A DNA stretch of 64,000 nt from Yuukianura sp. NJ FZ-2021 (Eukaryota). Shown here piece by piece: positions 1-13,797 of this stretch. The position numbers and the translations under genes were made by a program. The stretch is from the NCBI GenBank assembly GCA_046563655.1, contig CM102290.1:9424001-9488000 (forward strand). Reading direction: 5' to 3'. How positions within the stretch are numbered: the first letter of the stretch is position 1; the number at the start of each line of letters is the position of its first letter. Below the pieces are notes generated by a model. It did not search any database and had not been told where the DNA came from. It was given only the letters and a program-made list of their open reading frames with translations.

Positions 1-468
1 GGCAACAATTGGTTCACTTACTACTTCCAGTTCTGTATTGGATACATCGTCCAATCCTAAGATCCAACAAATCCCTTGATACAAGCTTCCGCACATTATC
101 AACTTCGCTCGACTGTAGTCTACGACGAGAGCCTTGTTGACGTTATTTGTCAATTGAAACTGAGTATTTTCTGGGCATTCTCTGTAGCCAGAGCATAGGG
201 TGGAGTCTTCATATGGACCAGTCTTGTTTCGAGCCAACAGCTTCAAATTCGGATCTAGTTGATAGATGTGATTCACTGCTCCGACGTAAAGTACTCCGGT
301 CTCTTTATGCACAACGAGGTGATTGTTGATTGTTGAATTTGCGGCTTCATGGTCAAAGAAAGTTGCCACTATATGTGTACTGGAGGAGCAAGAACCAGGA
401 AGTACAATTGAGAGGAAGATGACGAAAATGTAGAGGCAGAGGGCATTCGCCCGATCCTGGAGTTCCAT
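1..468 (-). CDS. PlexA: Plexin (A-like), first coding exon: signal peptide plus start of the Sema domain; continues beyond the left edge of the window
   Basis: Manual translation from ATG at 468 is open to base 1: MELQDRANALCLYIFVIFLSIVLPGSCSS..NHLVVHKETGVLYVGAVNHIYQLDPNL..KTGP..C..TNNVNKALVVDY..LIMCGSLYQGIC..EPIVA, typical plexin N-terminal motifs. A splice acceptor at ~507 implies an upstream non-coding exon (candidate donor near 2305). Absent from the ORF track because there is no stop inside the window. The A versus B subclass is less certain than the family. Confidence 0.9.
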   Translation of the reverse strand, partial: MELQDRANALCLYIFVIFLSIVLPGSCSSSTHIVATFFDHEAANSTINNHLVVHKETGVLYVGAVNHIYQLDPNLKLLARNKTGPYEDSTLCSGYRECPENTQFQLTNNVNKALVVDYSRAKLIMCGSLYQGICWILGLDDVSNTELEVVSEPIVA

Positions 469-999
469 TGCGACTACTGTTTCACATCAAGTCATACCTC
501 GCATCACTGTAGATAAAAAAATGATCAATATATAAATGGTCAAATAATCCGAATGAATAGTATAAAAGTACAATTGAGGTAGTAAACACGAATCAGCAGA
601 GACAGCAAACCTATTGCTTATCAGTAATCTATGAAGAGTCTACTTTCAGATGATTGCAGAGTAGTATAGCTCTTCCTCTTTGCTCACTCAATTTCGCATT
701 AGTCACTCACCATCGTATTCATAACAAAGTTTTTAAATCTACGAAATACTCGGTAAAGGTGTGGCATCATCGCTTCCACCTGATACACCGAAAAATTATT
801 TATCGCTTCGAAAGACTGACCTAACTGACGAGGCGAAGGAATTTCCTTCTTGAATACACAATTGTGACCTCGTTGTCCCAATGTTGACTAGACGTAGGCT
901 TAATACATTCGAAGTGATTGCAATCACTGAATCAGATAAATGTACTATCGTTATTTTAAATATGTGGTTACTATTTTCTATGATACCATCTAATTCACC

Positions 1000-2056
1000 T
1001 TCTGTTAAGAGATGAGATTCCTTAGGAGACGTCCAGTCCAGGTGACGCGAATAATGGCGGATTGATGGAAGTATTTAGTCGAGTAAAGCACAGGGACACT
1101 CTTCTGACCAAAACGAGAATTGAGGCTGGAAGGAATTGATGTAAATGGATCAGTACTTTCTGGTCATGTTAGTTGTGATGTGATGAACTATGGAGGGCTA
1201 TGGTGGTAAATGGTGTAAGATGGTCGTGACCCAGAGCAACTGTAACGTCTGTCACCGATTGAAGGGAGGAAATGACTTGAGGGGGGAGGGGGTGTTATTT
1301 TGATTGTGTGGAATGTGTGATTGACGAAGAGATTGATGATTGTGAGTCCTGCTGTAGTGTGATATGGAGTGCAACGTTGAGTGCCACTAGTTACACTCCT
1401 GCTGCTCCTCGTCGTGTGAAGGGGGTTAGGACCGTGTAGCGTAAAACTGTAAGGTATGGTTGGATATTTGTGTGGATTTGGTCAGAATACTTGAGTAGTG
1501 TGGTACATAGTAAGGGTGGAATGGCGTCTGAGCACTCTTAACATAGTAGTTACTTCCCAAACACTTTCCCTTCCTCTTCTTGATTTTTAGTTGGTAAAGT
1601 AGTGAGTCTGCAAGTAGAGGATGAGGAAGAGGGTGACCTAACTGTACCGTATGTCTCCTCTTTCTATCCTTGGGCTGGGTTTCTTTCTCCTTTCTTCCAA
1701 AGGACTCCTTCTATCCTGTATCATGTCCCGTACTTTAGTCATGTTAATGTCCCTTAAGGCTACTTTCTCTCCGACAGCCCCCTGGTGGACTCACAACGAA
1801 TCAAACCCTGCGCCATCTTTTTCAGCATTCCCTTATAACTTATTCAGCATTAATGATTAGATATGTAATTCGCTTTCCCAAGAATAAAGATTGGCGATTC
1901 CTGCATCTTCTAACTGTATTCGGGGTGAAATTTTTCATTTTGTACGGGAATTTTTTGCCAGCAATCATAGTTAAACTTTTATTAGTCTTGAGCTGTACTG
2001 TAATGTCAGAACTCTTAAAGCCAGCTAATATTAGCAAGCTTATGAACGATGGCTGA
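1000..2056 (-). mobile_element. Possible decayed non-LTR retrotransposon remnant (ORF1 end plus APE endonuclease) in the presumed plexin 5' intron
   Basis: Stop-riddled minus-strand frames give FTPNTVRRCRN (resembles the segment before an ORF1 zinc knuckle), TPYHTTAGLTIINLFV (resembles PT..S.IDL) and LGHDHL (resembles GSDHL). Resemblance only. Confidence 0.3.
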
Positions 2057-2423
2057 TGGCAAATGGCAACTTAAAAGTTTTATTTAACCTAGCCGTTTTA
2101 AATTTTTTCCACATGTTGGGATGATATTTATTTAATAAAAACAAGTTACTTGAACTATAAACAAATGGCTAGAAAGGGTCATGCGGAGTAAAATACTAAT
2201 TATTTGACAACTTTTAGATTTAAAACAAGATTTTACAAGAAGAGCTTTAATATTCAATTTATAACTATTAAACATTATTAAAAACAATTACATACTGTAT
2301 TGTACCCAGCAATATTGTTGTGACGCCCACCCATAATACATGAGTGACACTCCATTTAAATTGCAGCCGCGAACATAAAATTGAGTTGTTATGGAATTCA
2401 GTTTAGTAGTTGTGTCTTTCGTA

Positions 2424-2782
2424 CATAGCTCGGCACTTCTGCTTCTCCCCCCGTTCATGTAATCTTATGATAATCTTTTTGATCATTCGCTCCTGCCCTC
2501 CGCCTCCGCTCCAACTAATCCGGCGCTCCCAATCCTTCGCTCTTCACTAAACTTCTCAATAAATCCCGCTCCCCCTCCTGACCGAATTCTTCGTAGAGTA
2601 ATGAATGACAATGAGCGAGTTCGGCATATTTCCCGCTTCTGCGATAGATAGCACATCATTTTTGACCACCGTCCGCTCTCGTTCCTCCCTTGCGATGGCG
2701 ATACCCGTACGAGTAGCGAGCCGGGGAACGGAGGTCGCGGGCTGTAATGTGCGGGGAGCGAGGTATAAAGTGCCGAACATTG
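2424..2782. promoter_or_regulatory. Inverted-repeat-bounded, CGCTCC-rich element in the Plexin/DEPDC5 head-to-head interval
   Basis: CATAGCTCGGCACTT at 2424-2438 and AAGTGCCGAACATTG at 2768-2782 are imperfect inverted copies, with internal CGCTCC/GGAGCG reiterations. The same ends occur at 24602-25429. Confidence 0.6.
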
Positions 2783-3091
2783 GTTTTACTGATCTGTTTA
2801 CCATTTGATTTGGAGGATTAACTATTTGAATAGAGAGGCTGGTGAGTGTTAAGCTAGTAATTTTAAGCAAAAGATTGCTGATGCTAATTTGGACGGCGGA
2901 GTTTGTGGTAAACGTTGAACTAAAAAATTTTGATATACAAATACATGCATTAAACTTTAGAAACCATTTTTTTTCTGTTAGGTTCCAGAGTTGGGGAGTA
3001 TCAACACGTTTTCTGATGAACAAGGTTCCCAATTGGCCACTTTTGCTAGGTGTTTGAATTGCTAGGCGCTGCGTGAAAATACTCTAATCGA

Positions 3092-6000
3092 ATGGAAGGT
3101 TTTAAGCGCTGTAAAGTAATTCAACATCAAAAATCACAACAGAAACAATATGCAGGTAAATCTTCAAAGATGGGGTTTCATTAATGGATAGATCAGACAA
3201 TGGGATGCGAAAGGTTAAGCAGACTATTGACTATGTTTATGTAGAACAACGTTTTTAATGTTTAACTTTTTTTAGGAGAAGAAATCGTATTCTGCACAAA
3301 AGACTTCCCCTTCTTGGCTCCCGATGACATCTTGGAAGTTTATAATCCCGACGAGGACTCTCCTCGATTACTGTTGAAAGTTGGCAAGAAGAGTATTCGT
3401 GATGACTGCTTTGCTCATAAGGGTAAATCATTGTTAATAAGACTGTTTTATGTTACGTCTTTCACTGAATGATCACACAACACACTTGAATATTTCAGAT
3501 GCACTAAGCATTGAACAGTCGATTGCGGCAGCATTCCAGTTGAGGCCGTTCTCCGACGTAATTGTCAAGAAAGTCATCAGAAAAGACGTGGAGTTGGACT
3601 CCGTTGAACTGACATTCAAGGACCAATATTTGGGCCGTAGCGAAATGTGGCGTCTCAAGAATAGTTTGGTGCAGTATGATATCCTAAGTAATATTTCAAA
3701 TTCAGCTAGAATGAACGAAATCATTTCTGCTTTAGGTCGATACTTGTTTATACCTCGGAAGAAAAATTGAATTTGCATCCTCAATTCGATGTCAAGTTCA
3801 CGAGATGTGGTCACACGGTGACAAAGTAGCCTGTGGTGTCATCACATCTTCCACAAAGGTGACTTTCAAACCTATCCGTCATTTAATTTGTACTTTTTTT
3901 CTGATTTAGAGTTACGCCTTTCCTTATTACTACATAGATTGTGTTCCGATCTTCAACAAGTATGGTGTATCTTTTCATTCAAATGAGTTCTGAAATGTGG
4001 GAATTCGACGTCTACGGGGATCTCTATTTTGAGAAGGCTGTGAATGGTTTCTTAGCTGAACTCTTCTCCCGGTGGAAGGTTAGAGTAATTTTATACTCAT
4101 TTCTAATTTTTGCCATCCAATCGATATGTCTTAACACTTCATGTTCGTTGTAATTATTTTGTCTTTAGAAAACTGGCACAAATCATGAAGTAACAATTGT
4201 TCTTTTTTCTCGTCTCCATTATGAAGCCACATCCCTAGATCAGTTTCCGGAATCTGTACAATTGTGCTTGCAAACTGACTACAAAGGAAGATTCTACGAA
4301 GATTACTATCGGTATTTGACCTATACACTGTACAAATTTTCTCTTGATTCAATTCAACATATGCATTTTAGAATTGCTGTGCAGAATGGGAGGTACGATG
4401 ACTGGGGGAATAACTTGATTTTACTCAAACACATCTTCGTTGACTACCAGAGAAACTTACTAAGCCTTCACAAGAAGGCAAATCCTGGTATCAAATTACC
4501 AAAGTGTCACATATCATCCGCCTCGCGTGGAAACTTTCTTGAAGTGCTCAACATGTCCTTAAATGTCTTCGAGAAACATTACAAGGACCGAAGTTTTGAC
4601 CGTACTGGGCAACTGTCTGTTGTTATTACCCCTGGTGTCGGTGTTTTCGAAGTAGATCGAGATTTGACAAATGTGACAATGCAACGGATAATTGACAATG
4701 GTGTAGGAAGTGACTTGGTTTGTGTTGGAGAGCAACCACTCCATGCCGTCCCACTTCTACATAAGGTTTGAACTTGTATTCTAAATATGTAATTCGAATC
4801 TAAACTATTTAGTTGATGTGTAATATGATCGTGTTTGACAGTTCACGAACAAGGTTACGTCACAAAGCACCATGGAAGACTACAGTATGCCGCATTGGAT
4901 TAATCTAAGGTTCGACACGTACAGCAATTTATAATTTAAATTTTGTTTAACTCCAAAAAGGAAATAAGCCATGCTGTTTTGAAATTTATTTGTTTCTAGC
5001 TTTTATTCAACGAACAAGAAAGTGGGCTACTCGAGTTACATCCCCAGAATCAAGCTTCCAATGTTTCGACAATCAAGCGCAAATAGAAATGGGTCGTGGG
5101 ATTGGCATTCGAATCCACATTGTCGAATTCCAAAATTACACCAAGATGGCGCCGAAAATCCATGGCCAAATTCTGTTTATGACTTTGACGACTACGACCA
5201 CAAGATATTTCAAATGTCATCTGCAGTCTCCGTTGGATCAAGAAGTCATCCACGCCGGAGTATTCTAACGAAGAAGCGGATGAATTCCTCCGAGTACCAT
5301 CCGCGATTCTTCAAACGGCAAAACTCAGAACCAGAGATTCATCAGTCAACCTTGGACTTTCCTTCTCCATGTTTGCCGGCAAATGCTGCGAGTAACGTCA
5401 TAAATGGGGAATCCAGGGATGGACAATATCAGCGTCAACTGGAAACTCTGGTCCCTCCCTCTCCTGCAATTACAATTCCATCAAAGAAAATGGCTGCACT
5501 AAACCATCATCTTTACTCTTCTTCTTTTGGGGCGCTTAACATTGAGAGTATGTTTTTGACTGACCATTACATACGTTTGGTATTAATTTTTTGAAATTTT
5601 TATGGTGCAGTTAAATCAAAAGCGGGATCTAACAACTCAAAGGAGAACTGGCTATATGATGACATTTGGAGCCAAAAGTTACTGTCACCAGGAAGCAGCA
5701 GTCTTCAAAGTGGAAGTTCTCCAAAAGACAAAACAATTGTGTACACGAAGCAGAACAAAGAAGTCAAAATGTCAAGCAAAGCACTCATCAATCCCTTCGA
5801 TCCTTCGCATGCTGTGATTAAATTAACTTCAAACAGACGACGATGGACTCATATATTCCCTCGTGGTCCCACTGGAGCACTTATCCAACAGCACCATCGT
5901 AACTCAGCACACTCTGCTCTGGAAATTGTGCATGAAGGACTTGACTCTCCAGAACCTAGTCCTACAAAATCTTCCATGGAAGGTACGTTGATATTCAACT

Positions 6001-9000
6001 ATTACATATCAAACAGCTATACTTCGTTCCGCAAGTTTACACGTAACTCTAGTCAAATGTTATGAAATAGTTCCTAGTCGATCTGGAAGAAATTCAGTTA
6101 CGAAGCAAGCATCAGTTGATGGGAAGCTGACATTAATGTGGGGTGCTACTGGAGAACAAGAGTGGACACCAGCATTACAAACGGGTAATTTTCAGCTTTT
6201 GATTTCTACCAAGATATGATGCGGATTTGTGTTTTAACGAAGTTTGATTTCAAATAGGTGTGGATTGGAAGTCACTAACAATTCCAGCATGTCTACCGCT
6301 TACCACCGACTATTTTCCGGACGAGAGGAGTTTGGATACTGACTATGTCGTTTCTGCGTACAATCTCTTGCCGGATGATGTAAATGCTGAATACGCTCAA
6401 CAGCGCGTTGTTTATCGTCCACCTCTCACTACGGTCCAAGTATTTGCTGAACTCATTTCACAACGACTAGCCCAAGGATTCCAACTAGTCATACGTCCAA
6501 ACGCAGAAGAATTGGAAAAGGCTGGGCTCACTAAAGCCCTGAATCCATCTCTTTTTCAACGTAGTGCTAATCAGTCTATGCTGGAAGAAGAATTCGAAGA
6601 GCATGTTCTCAGTATAGGACGGGTCTTTCATAAAATCCAATTAGATGGTTCCACGATTACAGTTATACGTTACAGGCCAAAGTACGACAATTCAGTATAC
6701 CAGCGCCACTGTACAAATGTTTAATCCCACTTTTGGTTTCATTTTAGGCATGCTTATCCGTCTCTCAAATTTCACTACACATACCGCCTCAACTCTCCAT
6801 ACAGCACTGACTACGAAGCCTCTGCAGCTTTATTCAGTACTGAGAAATTAGAAAACTATAGCTGGAATTACATGGATCACTACATTTGCACTAGAGGTGA
6901 TAAAGGCTACGCTCTTCATGAGGTACAGTTTTAAGTTCATTCCTGCAAGGGTATACCTAGTGGCATGTATTTAATATTAGTATTGCAATTTTTATTATTT
7001 ATTTTATAATTTCAATTAGTTTATTTCTGTTTCAGAGCCTCAAATTTTGGAGATTTAGAATGTACCTTCTTCCAAATTCTCAACCAGCTACGAAGCGAAT
7101 TTTGGAAGGTTCCGAAGTAACAAACATTTACTCTCGACTGACGGAAGAAGATCGAAGGGTTTTGGTCGACAGCTTTTTGAAGTTTATAGAAGCATGTTTG
7201 AATCGACTACGCCGCGCTGCATGTACAAAGAAAGTTCGGGTAAATTATGCCGCAAATTCCACGCCTTGCTTCTTTTTTTTTTAAATTATCTATTACAACG
7301 CCTGGTTAAAGTAAGGTTTAACGATAACAATCGTCACTGTCGTCGCACAGCGAGCGTAGCCCAGCCATCTTGTATGGCTACACTCTACACTAGGCGGCTA
7401 CGCCTAATGGCAACATTGGTAGCCGCTCAAACCTAAAGAAACCTAACCTAAAGCCTCAACGTAAGTAGCCGCGCAGCGTAGCCATCACAAAGTGGCTACC
7501 ATGTACGGCTACAATGACAATAGTTAAACCTTAACCCTACCCAATGTGTGGTATTGCGTATGAGTACTAAAGTCCACAATGTTACGTTAATTTTTTCCAG
7601 GGCATTTCAACAACAACGGTTCCTCCAACCCCATTCGTCTCCAACAACGTAACTACCGGATTTAGGGATCGTCTTAGCAGTACGAAGTTGAATGACAGAG
7701 TGAGGCCGAAGTAAGTCTTTTCTTCAAACAGTGTTGAAAACCTCCTCGTCAACATGTCAAAAGAAGTGTCAGAGATTGTCAATGTGAAGTACTGTACACT
7801 TTCTGAATGTTTCAGACCTGGACCAAGGGACATTGGAATTGGAGACACTGGAAGTGGCTTTAGAGCGGAACCTCTGATGCTACCATCTGATCCTCCAGTT
7901 TTGGAGTTCAACTATCCCGAATCTCTTCCAAATTCAGTTACGGAATCCTTTTTTCCACATGCCCAAATGGGGACGTGGGGCGGAACAGAGGAAGTCGACG
8001 AACCGGAAGTCATGTTGGGCCCTTCTACGTCAGAGCGTGGGATTCTGGAAGCAATGTGTCTCCCCAATTCCGGATTTATTTTTGTCAAAAGTAACTAAAC
8101 TGTTAATCCTGATTTCATTATTGATATAAGGTTGAAGCTTCTAATTAAATTATTTTATTCTTAGGTGAGGACTTGCCGCAATGGAGTTTTGTGAGTGCTG
8201 ATGCCGTACACTGGCTGACTAGTCATATGGAAGGTGTTTTCACAATTCCGGAGAGTATTGCTAAGTTTGAGGTGAGTGTCGGATATGATTTAGTTGACTT
8301 GCTTCTATCACCATCATAAGATATTAATGTTTATTTAGAAAATGTTGCGTCGTGATTTTATTTCTCATGCTTCCGGAAACCCGGATCATGGATTCATATA
8401 CGGTTTTTACCTATACTCCATTAGATGCTTTGCCAAAGAAGGTTAGTTTCCCAAAAATTGCAATCGATTGTACCTAGCAGAACTTTTCTAATTGTCTTGT
8501 TTTTTTTCTAATTACACAGGAGATAACTTCCGTCAACTAGATTTGGCGATGTTCCAGGATGACTGGCTAGAAGTTGAGGTAAATTGTGCGAAGCCTGAGG
8601 GAGGGCCGTCCTCGCCATTGCCCGAAGAGGATCCTACTTTTCAAGAAACGAGCGACTGGGGATCAAATGTGTTCAGCAAGGAGCGGAAAAATCAAATATA
8701 CAAACGCTTGTACTTGGACGTTGATCTAAATAAGAAAAGCGATCGACAGGAGTGGGGCCACCTACTGTATCAAGACTTGTACAAAGCAGATGAAGCTTTT
8801 GAGTTCGTCGTTCAATGGGTCCAATGTACTGGTTCCATTGTTACAGAGCTGGTATAAACACGCTCAAAAATCAACGTTTATGATACTTAAGTAAGATGTT
8901 TGGGCATGTGTAATGATGACTTTTACTTCTGCAGATCCAAGGCTGGTCGCGAAAGGCTCAACAGTGTTCGATGCAACTGATACCAATTCCGAGTGATCCG

Positions 9001-9886
9001 TTTGCAGTTTCCAGTTCTTCAAACTCAGACTCTTTGCGAGGACCAATTTTTGTTCCGTTGGAAACTGGATGCCTCCGTGAAGGACAAAACTGTCTTTTCG
9101 AAGGTACTGTGTAGGTGTAGTGTGTTAGTATGTTTTTGAAGAAAAATGTAGCTTGGGCAGTATGTTTACGGCAGATTTTTTAAATACGTATTGCAGATGA
9201 GACTTGGTCGCAACGTTTGGTTGAATTTCAAGACAACATTGTGTCACAATTTGGGTTTATACCGTGCCTCAACCCATCGTCAGAAACTAATCGTAGCCGT
9301 ACATATGTCCATCTCACAGGAAATATGTTTGTGTTCATGACCTCGAGCTCAAATTCAGCTAAATCCTGCAATGATGTAAGTAACATGCTATTCTATTTGA
9401 CACTGAAGCTTATTACATAATTTACCTTTGATTTGCAGCCTATGGATGGCAGAGGACGGAAACGTTATGATTCTCCTGCTCCTATTGGAAGTCAAGAGGA
9501 TTTCATTACGCGCCATGTCAGTGGAAAGAAAAAAGACGGTTTTTTGGAAGACGTGCGGCGGGTAAGTTAGACAGACGGGAAATTCCAAAACAAAATTGAC
9601 TGAAACTGACAATTTCACTGCGCAGGTCGGGTTCCTGTGGTCTTGGAATTACATGCTCAGTAAACGATGGAAAACGTCCTCAACCCCAGCATTGGGAGAT
9701 GAAGCGTTCATGATGAAAATGCTTAAAGACTTCCAAGCGTTTTGTAGCAATGATGACAATCGGCTCAAAACATTCTGGGACAGCATTTATGGACATGCTC
9801 TCACCCGTAGTAGTCAACCCGCTAATGGCACCGATGAAACTGAAATAAGTGCAGTGATAGAACAAGCTCAAGCGATTGTCTTGTAA
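3092..9886 (+). CDS. DEPDC5: GATOR1 complex subunit DEPDC5/Iml1 (multi-exon)
   Basis: [103 protein letters not shown], a DEP-domain exon at ~8165-8440 and [14 protein letters not shown]. Introns are GT-AG; ATG at 3092, TAA at 9884-9886. Confidence 0.97.
7315..7530. mobile_element. Degenerate MITE (PIF/Harbinger-like) in a DEPDC5 intron
   Basis: GGTTTAAC...GTTAAACC termini with imperfect inward extension, flanked by TAA and TTA. Internal TAGCC/GGCTA reiterations and an AACCTAACCTAA tract. Confidence 0.55.
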
Positions 9887-10264
9887 CGTCTTTCTTATCA
9901 AATAAGGTTCCAGAGCAATACACGGATTGAGAAATTCACATCTGCACCAATAGCTTAAAGTTTTTGAATTTTTCTGATCTGAGGTGAGTTTAACCCAAGA
10001 AATAACAAAGCTATTTTGTTGATACAAATGAAATAAAAGACAAAGCGTATGTTGGGTAGATACGTTGGAAAGTGTTTAAAAGACGCGCTGTATTGTTAAA
10101 TTGAAATCATTTATTTGGTGTATTAACTTTGACGTTTGGGAACAACAACCCTTATCAACATGAGCTGAAAGTAAGAGATCGAGGTTGTAGTCTACAGTAA
10201 TACCTATTAAACGATTAACCTAAGTTTTCATTTGTACGACAAGGATGGGTGTTTGTGTCGTAGC

Positions 10265-10590
10265 ATTCCATAATACCAGCCTAACCAAATTGAGCTCAAA
10301 AAATTCGGACCGATTTAAAAAAATTACCGAATTTCGGGTTAAGCTTTGAGTTGATACTCTCTGAACCATTAGCTCAGGTATACTAAACATGAACGTGATT
10401 TTTAAAATTATATAATCTTAAGGTCAGTTAAGCTATGATTGTTATCATTTGTAATGGGGATAGGTAAACCCAGCGTTGAATAAAGCCTTGAAAGTAAATT
10501 CTTTCCAGCTTAACCTGAAATTCTGCACTTTTTGTCATCAATCCCAATTTTTTCGGTTCCTTTTAGTAGGTTAAGCCGCAATGAGAATGA
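10265..10590. repeat. Degenerate inverted-repeat element (old MITE) between the DEPDC5 and ERK stop codons
   Basis: GAATTTCGGGTTAAGCT (~10329) pairs with AGCTTAACCTGAAATTC (~10508) with 1 mismatch. Weaker outer arms are CATTC..GCCTAACC and GGTTAAGC..GAATG. Confidence 0.45.
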
Positions 10591-10744
10591 ACGACAGACA
10601 ACGACAAAAGGATATAGAATACGAAGATATTAAAATCATAGTTATCCAAGGATACCTGAAACGGAGGGTGATTATCTAGGTCGAACAGACACCAATTTTA
10701 AAGTTAACCTCCTCCCAACAATTTGAGATTGGAAGAACCCGAAT

Positions 10745-12764
<2,020 letters not shown>

Positions 12765-13797
12765 TTCGTTTAGTGATGTTCCCACGTCCACTACGGTGTA
12801 GACACTCTTGACAACTAAATAAGCAACGGTAGCTGTTAGGAACACAGGTCCAGTCCACTTGCTTGCAGCGGTGCTGGTGTACTTGTGTATGGAAGAAGGG
12901 AGGGAAACACCCACGTCAAATGAGGGAAATTGATTTATGAGATGCGCTCAAGTGGTCGTTTTCCCTCAGTGTCAGCTCAGCTCAGCGTCTTCAGCTTTCG
13001 ACACTCAACGGACAATCAATTACTAATGTTCAATGTTCGTTCTTTTAATTTACACAATTATACAAAACGCCTAACCAACCTAACTAAATTGCCTAAGAAA
13101 ATAGTGCACGGTAAAGACGAATGAGGATGGAGTCCTTCCTAAACAGACTTATGGACTTTTAGGTAGATACAGCAACAACACTTCGTCATGCAAATAATTC
13201 TATTATAATTAACCTTAATACCAACGCTCTAGTAATTAGTTTTCATAACCTACATTTTTAGTGGAATAGTAATGGGTAATTTTTAATATGTATTTATTTT
13301 TTCAATCCTAGAGAACCTAAAAATTAAAGAATGAAGATTGCAGGTGTGAACTCTTTAAACAGTTTGAACTTATTTTAATTTTGATATAAACGATGGAACA
13401 CGCATCCGTCACACAGCAATTAATGCCTCACAATTACGGTTTAATTAATAAAAACTTAATTAAACAATCATAACCTTACGCTTATCGTTTATGGGTTTAT
13501 AAATGTGATTAGACACCTAACGTTTTTATTCTAGGTAAAACACGGAAATGAAACGCCCAACAATGACGTATGGTGATAAGGCGAGTAGCCTTGGCCCCAA
13601 CCGCTTCGTTTTCATCTCTGATCACTGATCAGCTGTTTCTACGCCCGCGGCTTCTTCATTGCCGATGATGTTTATGTTTAGGCTTTACCAATTGGCAATT
13701 ATTTACGATTAGCTAAGTTAATAATCAGCGTATACAGTTATTAGTATAACCTTATTTGATTTGACGAACGAGCAACAACAAGCATTACAAAGGAGAG

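Noticed and set aside
2556..3057. Overlapping ORFs upstream of DEPDC5
   Set aside because: Promoter/5' UTR sequence with mostly non-ATG starts and no recognisable domain.
12765..12914. N-terminal extension of ERK in the track
   Set aside because: Non-ATG start; ATG 12764 matches typical ERK length, so this is 5' UTR.
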